248,000 bases of DNA from Wallemia ichthyophaga EXF-994 (taxonomy: Eukaryota > Fungi > Basidiomycota): contig NW_008806284.1 of NCBI RefSeq assembly GCF_000400465.1, positions 20,001 through 268,000 of the forward strand. Reading direction: 5' to 3'. How positions within the stretch are numbered: position 1 is the stretch's first letter; each line of letters begins with the position of its first letter. Positions 98,929 to 111,696 of this stretch are shown here, piece by piece. The position numbers and the translations under genes were made by a program. Below the pieces are notes generated by a model that made no database searches, was not told where the DNA came from, and saw only the letters and a program-made list of their open reading frames with translations.

Positions 98929-99117
98929 CGTGGTGGGAGATGAAGGAAGACGGGTGCTCTACAATACCAGAAATGCCAGTAAACCTAGTAATCCCAGTAT
99001 TCCCGGCACAACTCACACTATCCTCCACTCCACGCCCTTAAACCGCCCTTAAAATTTAAAGTCCCCCACTTTACCCTTTTTCCTGTTCACTGAAGATCCT
99101 TGAAGAAAACAAGACAA

Positions 99118-100584
99118 ATGTCATTGATAGGGGGAGTGTTGAAGGCATTTACATCTATTCAAGCCACACAGCCACAACTTGTTTCTGCAAACAACGTTAA
99201 AAGAGCTGCTGTTGCGCTGATCCTGCGATTTAGATTGGTTGATAGTAGTCGCGGTGGTGATGGCAGTCCCAGTCCTAGTCCCAGTCCCACCAGTCCTTCC
99301 GATAGCGATTCTTCTTTGGAAGATTTATTCAATCAGCCGTGGATGCGCGATGGCAATGTCATTCCAGAGGTTCGTTGACGTGTTTTCTATATCCGGCGTC
99401 ATGCTAAGTGCTCACACCAAATAAAACCAGATTCTATTTATCCAGCGTGCTGCACGTAATGGTGACCGATGGTCTGGTCACGTCGCCTGCCCTGGTGGGC
99501 GCTATGAGCCAGACGACGAAAATCTCAAGTATACCGGTGAGAATCACCATCAGCATAAGTACACGCATGCCTAACAAACGCATTACCAGCCATGCGTGAA
99601 TGCTGGGAAGAAATCGGACTCGATATCTCTGACCGACGTCATTTCCTCCCTCTTGGCCAGCTCGATGATAGGGAAGTGACCAGCAGTCTGGGGAAAAAGC
99701 TGCTGATGATCCTCTCCCCATTCGTCTTTATCCAGACGAGGCCCGTCGATCACACTCTGCAGCTCGAGGCGCAGGAAGTGGAGTCTGTGCATTGGATACC
99801 GGTTGACGCACTCACTGATAACGCCGTTTATACGCACGTAGAGGTAGATCTACCCGCTCGTCTCTCTCCTAAATCGGAAATGGGACGCTGGGTTCTCGCG
99901 AGTGTGCTGTCTAATTCCTCACTCAGCTTTCCTGCGATAGAGCTCGCTAATAGACCGGCAGCAGTCGCTAGCCAGAGTGGCCTCGCTAGTGTGGCGCTGG
100001 AGGAGGAGAACGACGAGGATTTTGCGCCGCCTATGCCCGCTGAGCTGGACGACTCCATCAGCGAGTTACGCCAACGTACTGTACAGAACAGGCAGGTTGC
100101 GGAGGACAGAAAGGAGAGGAAAGTGGGGAAAGACATGACACAGCTATCCAAACGCCCCTCTCTCAGACTGTGGGGTCTAACACTAGGCTTCACACTCGAT
100201 TTCCTCAGCCACATACCAAGCAAGGCGAGTGAAGATACTCGTGGCGCGAAAAAAACACCGCAAAACGTCGAAACTACTCGACATCTAGCCACCGCTCACG
100301 TCATCAAAGCACTCTTCCCGTCGTTCAACTCACCCGATATCAACCTGTGGATGTGGGTGTGCGGGAGAAGATACCGCTCCATCCGCCGCCAGTGGGAGCA
100401 GGCGGCACGAAACCCAGGCAGTGCTGATAGGAGAAAGAATTGGAGTGGCACTATACGCGCTGCTCACTTTGCGACTATAAGAAGGGCGTTGATGTTCGCC
100501 GTCGTCTTTCGTATCTTGGCTGCATTCACTACTCTCTCCATCCTCGGTAGGTATTTGCAAAAGGTTGTTGCGTGGTTTGTTTGA
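99118..100584 (+). CDS. Nudix hydrolase (YJR142W/PCD1-like, membrane-associated)
   Basis: RAAVALILR, WSGHVA.PGG, RECWEEIGLD. Confidence 0.8.
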
Positions 100585-100769
100585 GGGGGACTGAGAGGCG
100601 TATCTGTTGATTTTCTTGTTTGCCCGCCCTTCTACACGCCCTTGCACACTGCCTTTGATTGGATTAATGGATTGCACTACACGACACAACACTATATCAC
100701 ACCAAACCACACCACGTACGCTCGCACACCTGTGCGGTTGACACAGTAATAACGATAGATAGTAAAAGA

Positions 100770-102152
100770 TTATTGCATGTGCTCATGTGCGATTTGCATG
100801 ATGGCCAGCTGAAGATCGAGGCCGAGGACATCGTCATCGTCGAACCCGTTGTGATACGCGATGTCATTGTAAGGATTATCCTGCTCGACTTGCGCGCCAT
100901 CCTGATTCTGGAGGAGGCCATCAAATAGCTTCTGAAAGCAGTATGTGCCGGGAGTATTGAAGTGTGGGTAAGGGTTGGAAGGAACGAGGCGACCACCACA
101001 GAGGAAGCAGAAATGAGTGCCGCACCTACAACTCATGTGGTTACATCCGGAGCTCTTCTCCGTCCTGACAGCACAGTGGGGACAAGCCTGCGCGGTGTTT
101101 TCGATAGTCCTACGACTCGCCTCCGACTCGAGAAAGTCAGCGAGGAGGCGCTGAAGGTACTTTCTACCGTAGCGACTCTCCAGGGCGAGTTGATCGCGTG
101201 AGTTTGATTGTTCCAGCGCATGAGCGTAAGCGCGAACGTAATGGAGCGTCGTCGAGACGGGACAAGCTGCCACGGGCCCGTGGTATGTGCGGCGGCAGTA
101301 GCAGCAGAAAGCGAAGGAGCATTGAGGACAGACGCGCAATCGCTGTGCACCCTCATCACTCTCGCTGTCACCTACGAGTGCGTTCTCGGGTGGACGCGCA
101401 ACGGGTGTGTGGCAGAGGGGGCAGTACACGGTGCGCGGATCGTCTTCTGCAGCTTTCTTCTGACGTAGATACACCACGCGCTGGTGGACTCTCTCCCCAC
101501 TCACCTCTAGGATGGTTGCATCGGGTATGGGCAGTGTGCAGGTCGGCGAGGGACAGATGAGACTGTCTAGCGAGCCTTCGCGCACGTGCAGCTCGGTCAT
101601 GTCGCGTAGACACGCAGCGCACACCGCACACCCACACGGCATCTCTGCCCCGTGCACTCCCTTGCGCCGCCGCAAGCAGATGGGACAGTCGTAGCTGCTT
101701 TCTGCGAACACCGTGGCTGCGTGTGTCCGGTTGTACGCGCGTAGTGTGGCGGCGAGTGTCGCGAGCGCGTGTGTGTCTTGCACTTGTATTGAAGCGGGAG
101801 GGTATGCGTGCAGAACGTGCATTGTGCGTAGGAGCTCTCCTTCTCCTTCCTCGCTTTCTTCCCGTATTAGCCTCTCCAACTCCGCCTTGTTGCCAGCCGT
101901 GCCCGCCACTGCTTCGATATGGGAGAGCATCGGCGTCGGTGAGCTGCTGCCGTCCAGCGTAAATGTGACAGACGTCGGTGGCAGCTGGCCCACATTCAGC
102001 TTAACGCTCTGGTTATCAAGTCGCGTGCGCAAGGTGATTCCACTGTCTACACTGATGCTTGTGCGTAGACGAATATTCCCATTGTCCTTAGTTGCCGACC
102101 CTTCCCCGTAAATGGCATTGACAATTTCGATTTCTTCTGCAATGTCGAGCAT
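100770..102152 (-). CDS. ITT1: RBR E3 ligase Itt1/RNF14
   Basis: RWD-like N-terminus, RING1, IBR, CPHC...EKSSGCNHMSC.CGTHFCFLC. Confidence 0.85.
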   Translation of the reverse strand: MLDIAEEIEIVNAIYGEGSATKDNGNIRLRTSISVDSGITLRTRLDNQSVKLNVGQLPPTSVTFTLDGSSSPTPMLSHIEAVAGTAGNKAELERLIREESEEGEGELLRTMHVLHAYPPASIQVQDTHALATLAATLRAYNRTHAATVFAESSYDCPICLRRRKGVHGAEMPCGCAVCAACLRDMTELHVREGSLDSLICPSPTCTLPIPDATILEVSGERVHQRVVYLRQKKAAEDDPRTVYCPLCHTPVARPPENALVGDSESDEGAQRLRVCPQCSFAFCCYCRRTYHGPVAACPVSTTLHYVRAYAHALEQSNSRDQLALESRYGRKYLQRLLADFLESEASRRTIENTAQACPHCAVRTEKSSGCNHMSCRCGTHFCFLCGGRLVPSNPYPHFNTPGTYCFQKLFDGLLQNQDGAQVEQDNPYNDIAYHNGFDDDDVLGLDLQLAIMQIAHEHMQ

Positions 102153-102224
102153 CGAGGTATCAACCCATCAAGGAATATAACGGGTACAAATCCAATAAAT
102201 ATATCAAGTCTATAAGATACAAGT

Positions 102225-103990
102225 TACCTCAGTCTCAGTCTCACTCCTCACTCCTCACTTTTTCCCCCCTCGAAATGTTTGAAAGCGTTGCGAAAGTCGT
102301 TGGCGATATCCGTCTCTTGCTCATCGGGCAGGGTGCAATTACGCCAATCAGCGCGCTGCGGGATGTCGAGGAAGGAAGCTAGAGCGAGTCTAGCGAATTG
102401 CTGATTGAAGGGTGCAGGGCGAATGAGATGAACGAATTTTCCGCCATTAGGGAGATCAACTGGGAGTTTTATTGAGTTAGCTGTCTATTGTCTAACCCCT
102501 TCCCCACTCACCTCTCAAATACGATTGTCCATCTTCCAGCTCATCGAGCGCCTTTTGGGGATCACTCTCCCATTCCACGCCCTGTGCTACGCCTTCGTTG
102601 GTGAGATGCGCGCCGAGTGCGCTTATGATCTCGTTGGGGATTGGTACAGCTTGGATGTGTGCGTGCCCACCGCGCGACCAATACCGCCCCAGCTCGTAAG
102701 AAACGAGAGAAGAGTTGTATTTAGCGTAGCAGCGCGCGAGCGCATCGCGCCAGTCAAGCAACTCCGATTGAACACGCTGCGCTATATCCGCAGGCAGCGA
102801 GAAGAGATTAGGGTAGTGGGAGATGGGTATGATCAAAACATGCCCTCCGCCCGGCACAGCCGATGTGGCGGGGTCGATTAGCTGTCCTTTGGGAAGGGTG
102901 ATGTAGCACTCTTCTCCTATTGACACGATTAGGTGTTTCGTTACGCGGGGGTTGGAAAGACAGAACCAGCACTCGTCCTGTGATATTTCACCCTGGTGCC
103001 GCTTGTTCTTTTTGCCTCGTTTACTTGCCTCATCGTAGGCTGACGCTTGCTGGGCGAATATGTAGCTATTTCCACTCTCTTTCCCCTCCTCCTCGGCACT
103101 GCGTTTCTGGACTTGGGTAAGCGCAGGCAGGGGAGAGGACGTCGAGGCAGGTGGAACATCCTCCTTGCTGTGCCCACGTGGTGTGATGGAGAAGGCGTAG
103201 AAGGAGCGTTGTTTCTGCGTATTGCCGAACTGGCCGAGGGAAATAAAGCGTGTAGATAGGCCATTAGGAGAAACGAAAGGCTCCCTCTCCCAGAACACAC
103301 GCTGACCGCCGCTAAATACGTACTTGGGGGTGGAGTAGCTGACGGCGGAAGTGACGGCGCTGCTGCCCCAGGAGTGCGCAGGTGGGTGAGCAGCAAGATT
103401 GGGGAGTGGCTTGTTGGAGAGTAGGGTGATGCTGGATGGCCAGGAGTGTGTGAGGAGGATGTCTAAGTTGGCGTTGGAGAGAGACTTGGCGTGTGCTCGG
103501 GCAGCAGCTAAAGAGGAGCTATCGGAGGTGTTTCGACGGGGATCAAAGAATTCTGTAAAGCTGTTGAGGGTGGTTTGAGTAATGGCGGGGCTGTTGTTGT
103601 CGTGTTGATCACCTTCAACCAAAGTAGATGTATCGTGCACACCACCAAAGGCACCAATACGCAGACCAGAACGGGTGGTGAGTACAGACGATTTGGCCAA
103701 CATGAAAACACGCTGAGCAATAGCACCACCACCGTTGTCGAGTTTATCGAGTAAGGAAGCATGTGGGGGTTGACGCCCGAGAGTGTAGTAAACGTCGATG
103801 GGTGGGTTGAGTGAGCCATTAATCACAGCGTCAATCTCATCATCATTGGCAGATTCGAATAAATCACCAGCCACCAAGGTTAAATTGAAATTGTGTTTGC
103901 TGGTCAGTGCAGCTATCTTATCGAATAACGCGTGGATGGAAGTAGAAGGAGGACCAATCACAAGGCTGATCGGGAGTTATAAATTATCAT
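102225..103990 (-). CDS. CWF19-like protein (Drn1/CWF19L1)
   Basis: CWFCLSNP.VTKHLIVSIG, LPKGQL, GHVLIIPISH, HAHIQAVP. Confidence 0.88.
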
Positions 103991-104053
103991 TTAATATTTT
104001 TAGTTTACTCACACTTTCGTTGATTCTACGCTCATCACCGTACACCACCAAGA

Positions 104054-104692
104054 ATGACATCGGCAATTTTATTCGGATCTACGGGGGCAGTCGGGAAGCA
104101 CCTTAAGGCGTGTTTGTTGAATAGCGCGGACATCAGCCACGTAACTGAAGCAGCTAGATCCGTGGATAACACCACCAACGGCAAACTCACCCAAATCAAA
104201 CTAGACGCAAACACCAAATTACACCCCCAATACGATCTAGTATTCATTACTCTAGGCACAACAGCTAAAAACGCTGGTAGTTCAGAGAAGTTTGAAGAAA
104301 TAGATAGGCATTTGGTCGTAAACCTAGCCAAGCAGGTTTCTAAAGATAGCGCGCACGTAATTTACTGCTCATCTGCTAATGCTAATCCAAATTCGACCTT
104401 CTTATATCCACGTTCTAAGGGATTGACAGAGATGTCGTTGAGTGAACTCGGGTATAGCTCGACAACCATTTTCAGGCCTGGGTTTTTGAAGCACGCCAAG
104501 AGATCAGATAGTAGACCTGCTGAGAGCTTCTTTGGGTATCTCACTGGTTTCCTCGGTTACTTTACATCTGCTGTAGAGATACCTGTACAGAAGCTTGGTG
104601 AAAGCATGGTGTTAGCTGGATTAAAGCAGCTTAAAGAGAAATCTAACAAGACCATATTCGTATCCAACAAAGAAGCCCTGAACCTCAATTGA
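104054..104692 (+). CDS. FMP52: NAD(P)-binding protein Fmp52/TIP30-like
   Basis: LFGSTGAVG, ITLGTTAKNAGS, FLYPRSKG. Confidence 0.82.
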   Translation: MTSAILFGSTGAVGKHLKACLLNSADISHVTEAARSVDNTTNGKLTQIKLDANTKLHPQYDLVFITLGTTAKNAGSSEKFEEIDRHLVVNLAKQVSKDSAHVIYCSSANANPNSTFLYPRSKGLTEMSLSELGYSSTTIFRPGFLKHAKRSDSRPAESFFGYLTGFLGYFTSAVEIPVQKLGESMVLAGLKQLKEKSNKTIFVSNKEALNLN

Positions 104693-104726
104693 TTGTACTC
104701 ATGTCATCATCATTTACACTTAATTC

Positions 104727-104918
104727 ATGTCCAATCCATCCATATTCAAGCCAACGTCTATCTTCTCCTTAATCCTCCGATGCTATTATAAAAACACCAC
104801 TGACCTCCCAACCACGATTCAGCCTAACTTCCAGTACGTCAAGAATGACTTAAGCAGCATACAAACTATGGATACACAAGACGAACACAGCTACAAGCAT
104901 CTCTTTTCATCTTTTTAA
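104727..104918 (+). pseudogene. Truncated duplicate of the orphan gene at 105251
   Basis: MSNPSIFKPT...DLPT.IQPN.QY.KND.SSIQTMDT shared with the downstream ORF; stops after 63 aa. Confidence 0.5.
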
Positions 104919-105250
104919 AGGCCTATATTCATTTCGTTTCTGGAGTTACACTACCAGGTAAAAATCCCTATCTAGTGACCAGCGGGTTAACCTCACCGGT
105001 CGGATGCTTTGATTGCAGAGCTTCCAAGACCTCTGTGGTGAGCTTGGCACACCCAAAGATCCACCAAGAACGTTTGACGCCGATCCTGGCCTTCCTTGCT
105101 CCACATATCCTTCTGGTGAGATTATGTTTCTGGCTTGATCAAAGCAGCTTTAAGAGAATTCAAACAAGACTACATTCATGTCCAACAAACATATCCTGAA
105201 TCTTGGGTGATATTTATTTATACCCATACCATCACCATTTGCACTCAATT

Positions 105251-105671
105251 CATGTCCAATCCATCCATCTTCAAGCCAACGCCTGGCTTTCTCCTAAATC
105301 CTCCATCCCTATCAAAGAACATTACTGACCTCCCAACCATGATCCAACCCAACATCCAGTACATCAAGAATGACACAAGCAGCATACAAACTATGGATAC
105401 ACGCGACGATAACGGCTACATGTACCTCTTCGACGACAAAGCTGAGCTCAACGATTACGAGCACAATGAATCACACAAACTAATTCTTCATAAAATTTTC
105501 CCAAATAAACTCAAACCAAAGAAAGTTCAGGGCTATCAAATCAAAGAGAGCAATATGAAACTCTATCACACTCTCACCTCCATATACCCAATCGTTGATG
105601 AGGATATCAACTACACTCCCGACTCTGCACTTCAAGGCTATGACCATATGGAAAAAACACTGTGTCTGTAA
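105251..105671 (+). CDS. Orphan hypothetical protein
   Basis: ORF from MSNPSIFKPT; partial paralog immediately upstream. Confidence 0.45.
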
Positions 105672-105696
105672 TATTATACATGTATTCAAATCTACC

Positions 105697-106581
105697 TCAC
105701 TTCCTTCTCCTCTTCTTACGAATTTCCATCATATCAGTATCAACATCCACCTCCTTCGCTGCGGTGAGTCCTGCATTTATACTCCTCCCAAGTCCCAGAA
105801 ATGGTCCCGTCATCCCTGCTGGTCCTGCCGGCATTTTCTTCTTTTTACCGTTCAAAACGCTGCTGATGGATGACGTGCCTAGAATATCCTCAAACGGCAC
105901 ACCTAAATAGCTACTGGGGGGAGCATTCAATTCGCTCTCCATTGTATTTCCATTCCCGTTAACGTTTCCACTACCACTAGTACTTCCATCTGCTTGCGTC
106001 GGTGTGCCACCTTGACTTGTGCTTGCATGACCTGATTTTCTATTGCGACTTGTGCGCGTAGATCTCGAGAAAGTGGAAGGATCAAGGAGGGAATCAGAGC
106101 CAACATCAGCGTCCTTCTCCTCCTTAAGTTTCCTCCTCTTTTCTTCAATAGCCTCGCTCAGCCTAGTTTTGATAGAGCGCTGTACGACGTCGTATTCCTC
106201 CTGTACGCGTGCCCGCTCTATCTCATACAGGGAGCGAGCCGAGTCCATTGCGTATCCGTGAGCGTGCTTCACTGCCGAAAGCTGCGCGTCACGCTCTAGA
106301 CTGAGTTCGTACAATCGGAGTGTCTGTTCGCGGCATATCATCGGTGCTCCTGTGCTGGGTGCACGTGTTGCATCGTATGCTGTCGTCGGCGTCGTTGATA
106401 GGAGGTGGTTGTGCACGTCGAGCAATCTGTTGTGTGTTTCGAGGAATATCAGGTCACGCTTCTCGTAAGTCTCCCCCGTTTGTCGGCTTAGTTTCTCCAC
106501 TAAATCCCGCCGCTTCTTATCCCGCTTCGTCTCCGGCGCTTCACTCGTCCAGCCCAGCTCGTTTCCAACTTCAGACGACAT
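105697..106581 (-). CDS. Sds3-like family protein
   Basis: ETKRDKKRRDL, coiled coil, EKRRKLKEEKD. Confidence 0.7.
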   Translation of the reverse strand: MSSEVGNELGWTSEAPETKRDKKRRDLVEKLSRQTGETYEKRDLIFLETHNRLLDVHNHLLSTTPTTAYDATRAPSTGAPMICREQTLRLYELSLERDAQLSAVKHAHGYAMDSARSLYEIERARVQEEYDVVQRSIKTRLSEAIEEKRRKLKEEKDADVGSDSLLDPSTFSRSTRTSRNRKSGHASTSQGGTPTQADGSTSGSGNVNGNGNTMESELNAPPSSYLGVPFEDILGTSSISSVLNGKKKKMPAGPAGMTGPFLGLGRSINAGLTAAKEVDVDTDMMEIRKKRRRK

Positions 106582-106691
106582 TGTGGTGTGTGTTGAAGGT
106601 GTGGGTGGGGAATTAAATTAATTTGATTTTCCATTTAAATTTAATCAATTATATCCATATTTACATTTCTTCTCCTTGCTTACACTCGTTC

Positions 106692-109600
106692 ATGGTCAAA
106701 CGCACTCAAATGGCAAGCATCGCATAGTTTTGGGAGATGGCTCACCTGACTCCCCCTATAGGATTCCAGCGATGGTGGCAGCGAAAGCGCCAGCGATTTC
106801 GACTATGAGGCGATGAACGCTATAGCTGAGGACAGCTATAAAGAGCCAAACGAATTCGAGGACAGCGACAGCGACAAGGATAATATGAATGTCGACAGTG
106901 AAGACGCTCAAACTCTCAAGTCAAACGGTGGTGCATTCAGAGCACCAACTAAAGACGAAGTTCAATCACTCAAAGAGACAGGAGAACTATTCAAATCAAA
107001 TCTATTCAGGCTTCAGGTGGGTCAGTGGTTTTTACGGTCGATGCGCTAAATAAGCAACCCAGATTGAATCCCTTCTCGAGGAGATACAACAGCCGTCTTC
107101 TCAGGCTGAAAGTCTGACACACGCACTACACGCTATCAGGAACCTCATAATAGATCTTAAACCCATTCCTAAATCACAGGATGGCAAATTATCAACCAAA
107201 GAAGCCAACAGCTATCTCAAAAAGCATCACCTCAGCTTGCCTCTATCCAGGGAAATCCCGCTAGACGTCAATTGGGGAGTCGGATTCGATAAACCTCACA
107301 CTGTTCAAGTTGGTGGTGCATGGCCACTTAAAACCGGCGTCAAAAGGCGGTCGAGCAAGAAGAAAGCTTGGCAAGTCACTCTCGCTGTATTCCTCCCTTC
107401 CCACCTCATCCAAGAGAAGGATCATATGAATGACAGGTGGCTCTTCAAACAAGCCTTCTACGTTACCATATTGGCTGAAGTCTTGGCAAACAGTAAGCTG
107501 GAGGTGGATGTACAAGTGACGCATGAGAATGGTTTGGAATTAGAACCGGTAATCAACATAACCGGTAAGAAGGGCAGCAAATTTATTCCCAGCAATGCAA
107601 CAATCACTATTGTCCCTGCATTAGGTCATCCTTGTCCATTCAAACCCCTCAGCAAAATATCACCTGCTAAGATTGGTTCGAAATTGAGCAATGCATTTAT
107701 CAAGCCATCATTACTAACAACTCACCTGTCGTACTTGTACAATATCGCAGAAACAGTCCCTGCTTTCAGAGACGCTGTCAAATTACTCAAAATTTGGTCA
107801 AACCAGAGAGCCCTTGAGTGGTTCTTGGAGGGTTTTAATGCTGAGTTTTTGGTTGCGCTGCTTGTTGAAGGTGATCAACATGGCAGCAAACGTGTTGGAA
107901 AAGGACTCAGCTCGTATCAGCTTTTCAAAGCAGTGATGGATCTTATAGCCCAGACTGATTTTAGTAATGTCTTCATCAAGAGTACTTCTGCCAGTGGGTT
108001 TTCACAGGAGGATTTTGTGGGTAGCTCTACTTTACTTTTCGTCGATCCTACACGCACATTTAATTTCATGGACGGTCTCTTGCCTGAGGATGTCCAAGTG
108101 ATGGCCTTCGAAGCTAAGATGACACTTGACGCACTCAGCGACGAAAGTGATAGATTTGAAGAGACATTTATGCGTGACTTGCGCAACCCCATGCCCAGAT
108201 TCGATCTGTTAGGCAAGACGACATTGCCATTGAAACTGATGAAGAAGATGAAGAAGGGTGTGAATGTAAGACAGTCCATCGCATCAATTCTCACACAGGC
108301 ACTTGGTAATCGGGTAAAAGTGATCAATTTACAAATCCACAATGACAACATAGTCATAGGGTTGATACTTGAATCTGAAATGGCTGGTAGGATGGTCGAC
108401 CATGGGCCGCCCGCCGAAGATAAAGAGGGATGTGAGCAATTCAGAGCATTCTGGGGGGAGGTGTCAGACATGAGGCGATTCAAGGATGGAAAGATAAACG
108501 AGAGTGTAGTATGGACGCAGGGAGGATCGAAAGAACACATTCCAATCCAAATTGTGAAATGGATTCTCGGACGTCATTTCCACATGGAAGGATTCACATT
108601 CATAGCTGAAGAATTCGACGGATTGCTAGACGCCGGTGCGGTAGATGGAGTTACGACATTCAACGATTTTGACACACCCCTGCAATCCTACGATGACTTC
108701 CAGAGGATGTTGCGCGACATGACCAGTCTGCCACTGGAAGTAATGAACGTTTCCCCATCTACACCCCTCCTACGCCACACATCACCATATCCACAACCCA
108801 CGCGCGATATGAACAGATTCGGTCTCACGCCTACTTCTGCGCGATACATTCCGGCAGCCGAGATGAATGTGCAGTTCGAAAGCAGTGGTAAGTGGCCAGA
108901 CGACTTGGGGGCAATCCAAGTGACGAAAGCCGCGTTCCTCGAAGCATTAGGTGAAGAGCTACAAAAAGGGGGTGAGTACACAGCGCAAGTAGTCATCGAT
109001 CACCCCCTTCCTTGCGACATAGAAGATGCGGTTTCACTAGAAGTCGTCAACGACCGAGGCTATGCATGGAAGCTACGCATCCAGCACGACAGAGAGCTGA
109101 CGCTGCTCGAGAGGAAGCTCAACGACAAGAGCGGTACGACAGACACTCAAAGACAGCATTTGAAGGGTGTGCGCGAGAGGTACATGCAGAAATTTTCCCA
109201 TAAACCCCGCCACCACCAGGCCGTGATGGCTCTCACGCACAGGTTTAAAGCCTACGCTAAGACGGTGAGGCTCGTGTCACGCTGGGTGGATGCCCATCTC
109301 CTTTCCCCTCACGTGACCCACGAGTTCGTCGAGCTAGTTGTGGCTAGTGTGTTCCTCAACAGTGGCACATACGCACCACCAGCGACAGCAGCACTCGGTT
109401 TCCTCCGCTCTGTTATGCTACTTGCAGAGTGGCAATTCAAACAAGAGCCCTTGCTCGTGCCTCTTTACACAGCGTCGCAGATGCAAGAGGAGCACGTAGA
109501 CAAGAAAGTAGTTTTCCCTGCTCGAGAACGAAGTGGAGCGGAGAAGGCGTTTGAAATACTGCGCAGAACGGATCCAGACGTCACTACGACTGCCATGTTC

Positions 109601-110237
109601 GTAGCTACAGAGCGCGATTCTTCAGGCGGAAACTTCACACATCGCAAACCAACCACCGTCGTCGCTGGCCGTTTGCAGGCTGTCGCAAAGGCTGCAATGG
109701 ATGCACTGGTGCATAAAGATGGACTGGAAGTTATGGTGCGTTAGCGTGTACTGCCGTCTTCCCTGCTAACGGTTTCGCTATAGCATCTGTTCAAATCTCC
109801 CACTCATATCTACGATTTCGTCGTCTACCTCAAACCGATTGCTAACACCCGTCTTTATCAGTCGCTCCTCGATGATAGATATAAGGCTGGGGATGTCGAT
109901 ATTTCGAATGAACCGCTCGTCGGTTTTGACCCGACTGCCTTACTCGTCGAACATCTTGAACGCGTTTATGGAGATGTACTTCTCTTTTTCCATGATAAGT
110001 GCGGTGGTTGTATAGTGGGTGCACTGTGGAATCCTACATACAACGCACCTCGCAAGTGGAAAGTTGGACTGCATTATCCAGTCAAGCCGACCGATGTGAG
110101 TGATTTTTAATCATTTCTCACCCAACTAACCACCTTTGTAGCAGGGCAAAGATGAAGTAGTCATCGACAAGCAGGCTATTATTGCAGAGATAGCTGCACT
110201 TGGTTATGACATGATGGATAGCATCGGACACGCATAA
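106692..110237 (+). CDS. UTP22: U3 snoRNP protein Utp22/NOL6
   Basis: FWGEVSDMRRFKDGKINESVVW, QFESSGKWPDDL.AI. Confidence 0.93.
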
Positions 110238-110276
110238 TTTATTAGAATTAGTTTTAAAATCATGCATTCTCAACGG

Positions 110277-111533
110277 TTAAATATTACTGTAGTCAATTGG
110301 CGTTTCGTGTTTCTTGTTGTCTTGTAATTTACGCGCAGCCTTAGCAAAGTCGTCTTGTCTTACGAAGTCTCTCTCATCACGAATAGCAACCATACCAGCT
110401 TCTGTGCAGACATTACGCAAATCGGCACCATTAAAGTTCTCACAGAGTTTAGCAACCGATTCAAAGTCGATTTCACCCTCTTTATTTATATCCTTAGCGT
110501 GAATTTTGAGAATTTCAGTTCTTCCAGTTGCATTTGCGAGAGGGATAAAGATCTTTCTATCCAAACGACCAGGACGCATAAGAGCAGGATCGAGAGTATC
110601 AGGTCTGTTTGTAGCCATGATAACTTTAGTTTTACCAAGATTATCGAAACCGTCTAGCTGGTTGAGTAGCTCCATTAAAGTTCTCTGTATTTCACGATCA
110701 GCGGATGTACCTTCACTAAACCTACGGCCACCGATAGCGTCAATTTCGTCCATGAAGATGATGCAAGGCTCGTGCTCCTTGGCGTAACCGAACATTTCCC
110801 TAATGACTCTGGCTGATTCACCGATGAACTTGTCAACGATGGCAGATGAGACGACTTTGAGGAAGTTGGTTTGGAGGGTAGCAGCACATGCGCGTGCGAT
110901 TAGAGTTTTACCTGTACCAGGAGGACCGTATAAGAGGACACCTTTAGGGGGATTGATGCCAACTCTAGAGAAGAGTTCAGGGTTGTTTAGGGGTAACTCG
111001 ATGACTTCTCTGAGTTCTCTGATTTGATCAGTTAAACCACCAATACCCGCGAAAGAAGCTTCACCAGGGTTTTCCATGGACATGTTATACACCATTGGAT
111101 CAACTTCACGTGGGAGTATTCTCATGATGGTGAGTGTGGTCATGTCGAGGGAAACTCTAACACCTTGTATGAGTTTTGATTGGTTGATTGTCGGTCTAGC
111201 GTGTACAACGTATCTAGGACCGGAAGAAGCTTTAACGATGAATCTCTCGCTGTCGAGTTGCTTAAGCACTTCACCAATAATCTGACCAACAGATTGCAAC
111301 GATTTCATGTCTTCCTCTGTTTGATTGAAAGAGCCATCCATGTCTTTGATATTCCTGCGTATATTCCTCAGCCTCTCACTCAATTGCTCATGTTCTGTGA
111401 TCTTTGAGCGATATTCCCTAAGTGCATCTGCGCTGTGTGTAAGATATTTACTCTATAAAAAATCAATAAACCAACCTTCCTGTGACATTTCCTTCAGTTT
111501 TTGGTGGTATTTGGTTGAGATGCATAGCCGCGT
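110277..111533 (-). CDS. RPT4: 26S proteasome ATPase Rpt4
   Basis: [32 protein letters not shown]. Confidence 0.96.
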
Positions 111534-111696
111534 CATCAACGGATAAAAAGTTTGAAAAGATAATTACAATATTTAGTATACTTAATTTAAGTTTAATAAC
111601 TCATTGATATTTACATTTATTCTTTGATCCATCTCCCATCTCTAATCCACCTCTTGAACAACCACCACAACCACCAATTCCCTTGATTTATAAAAT

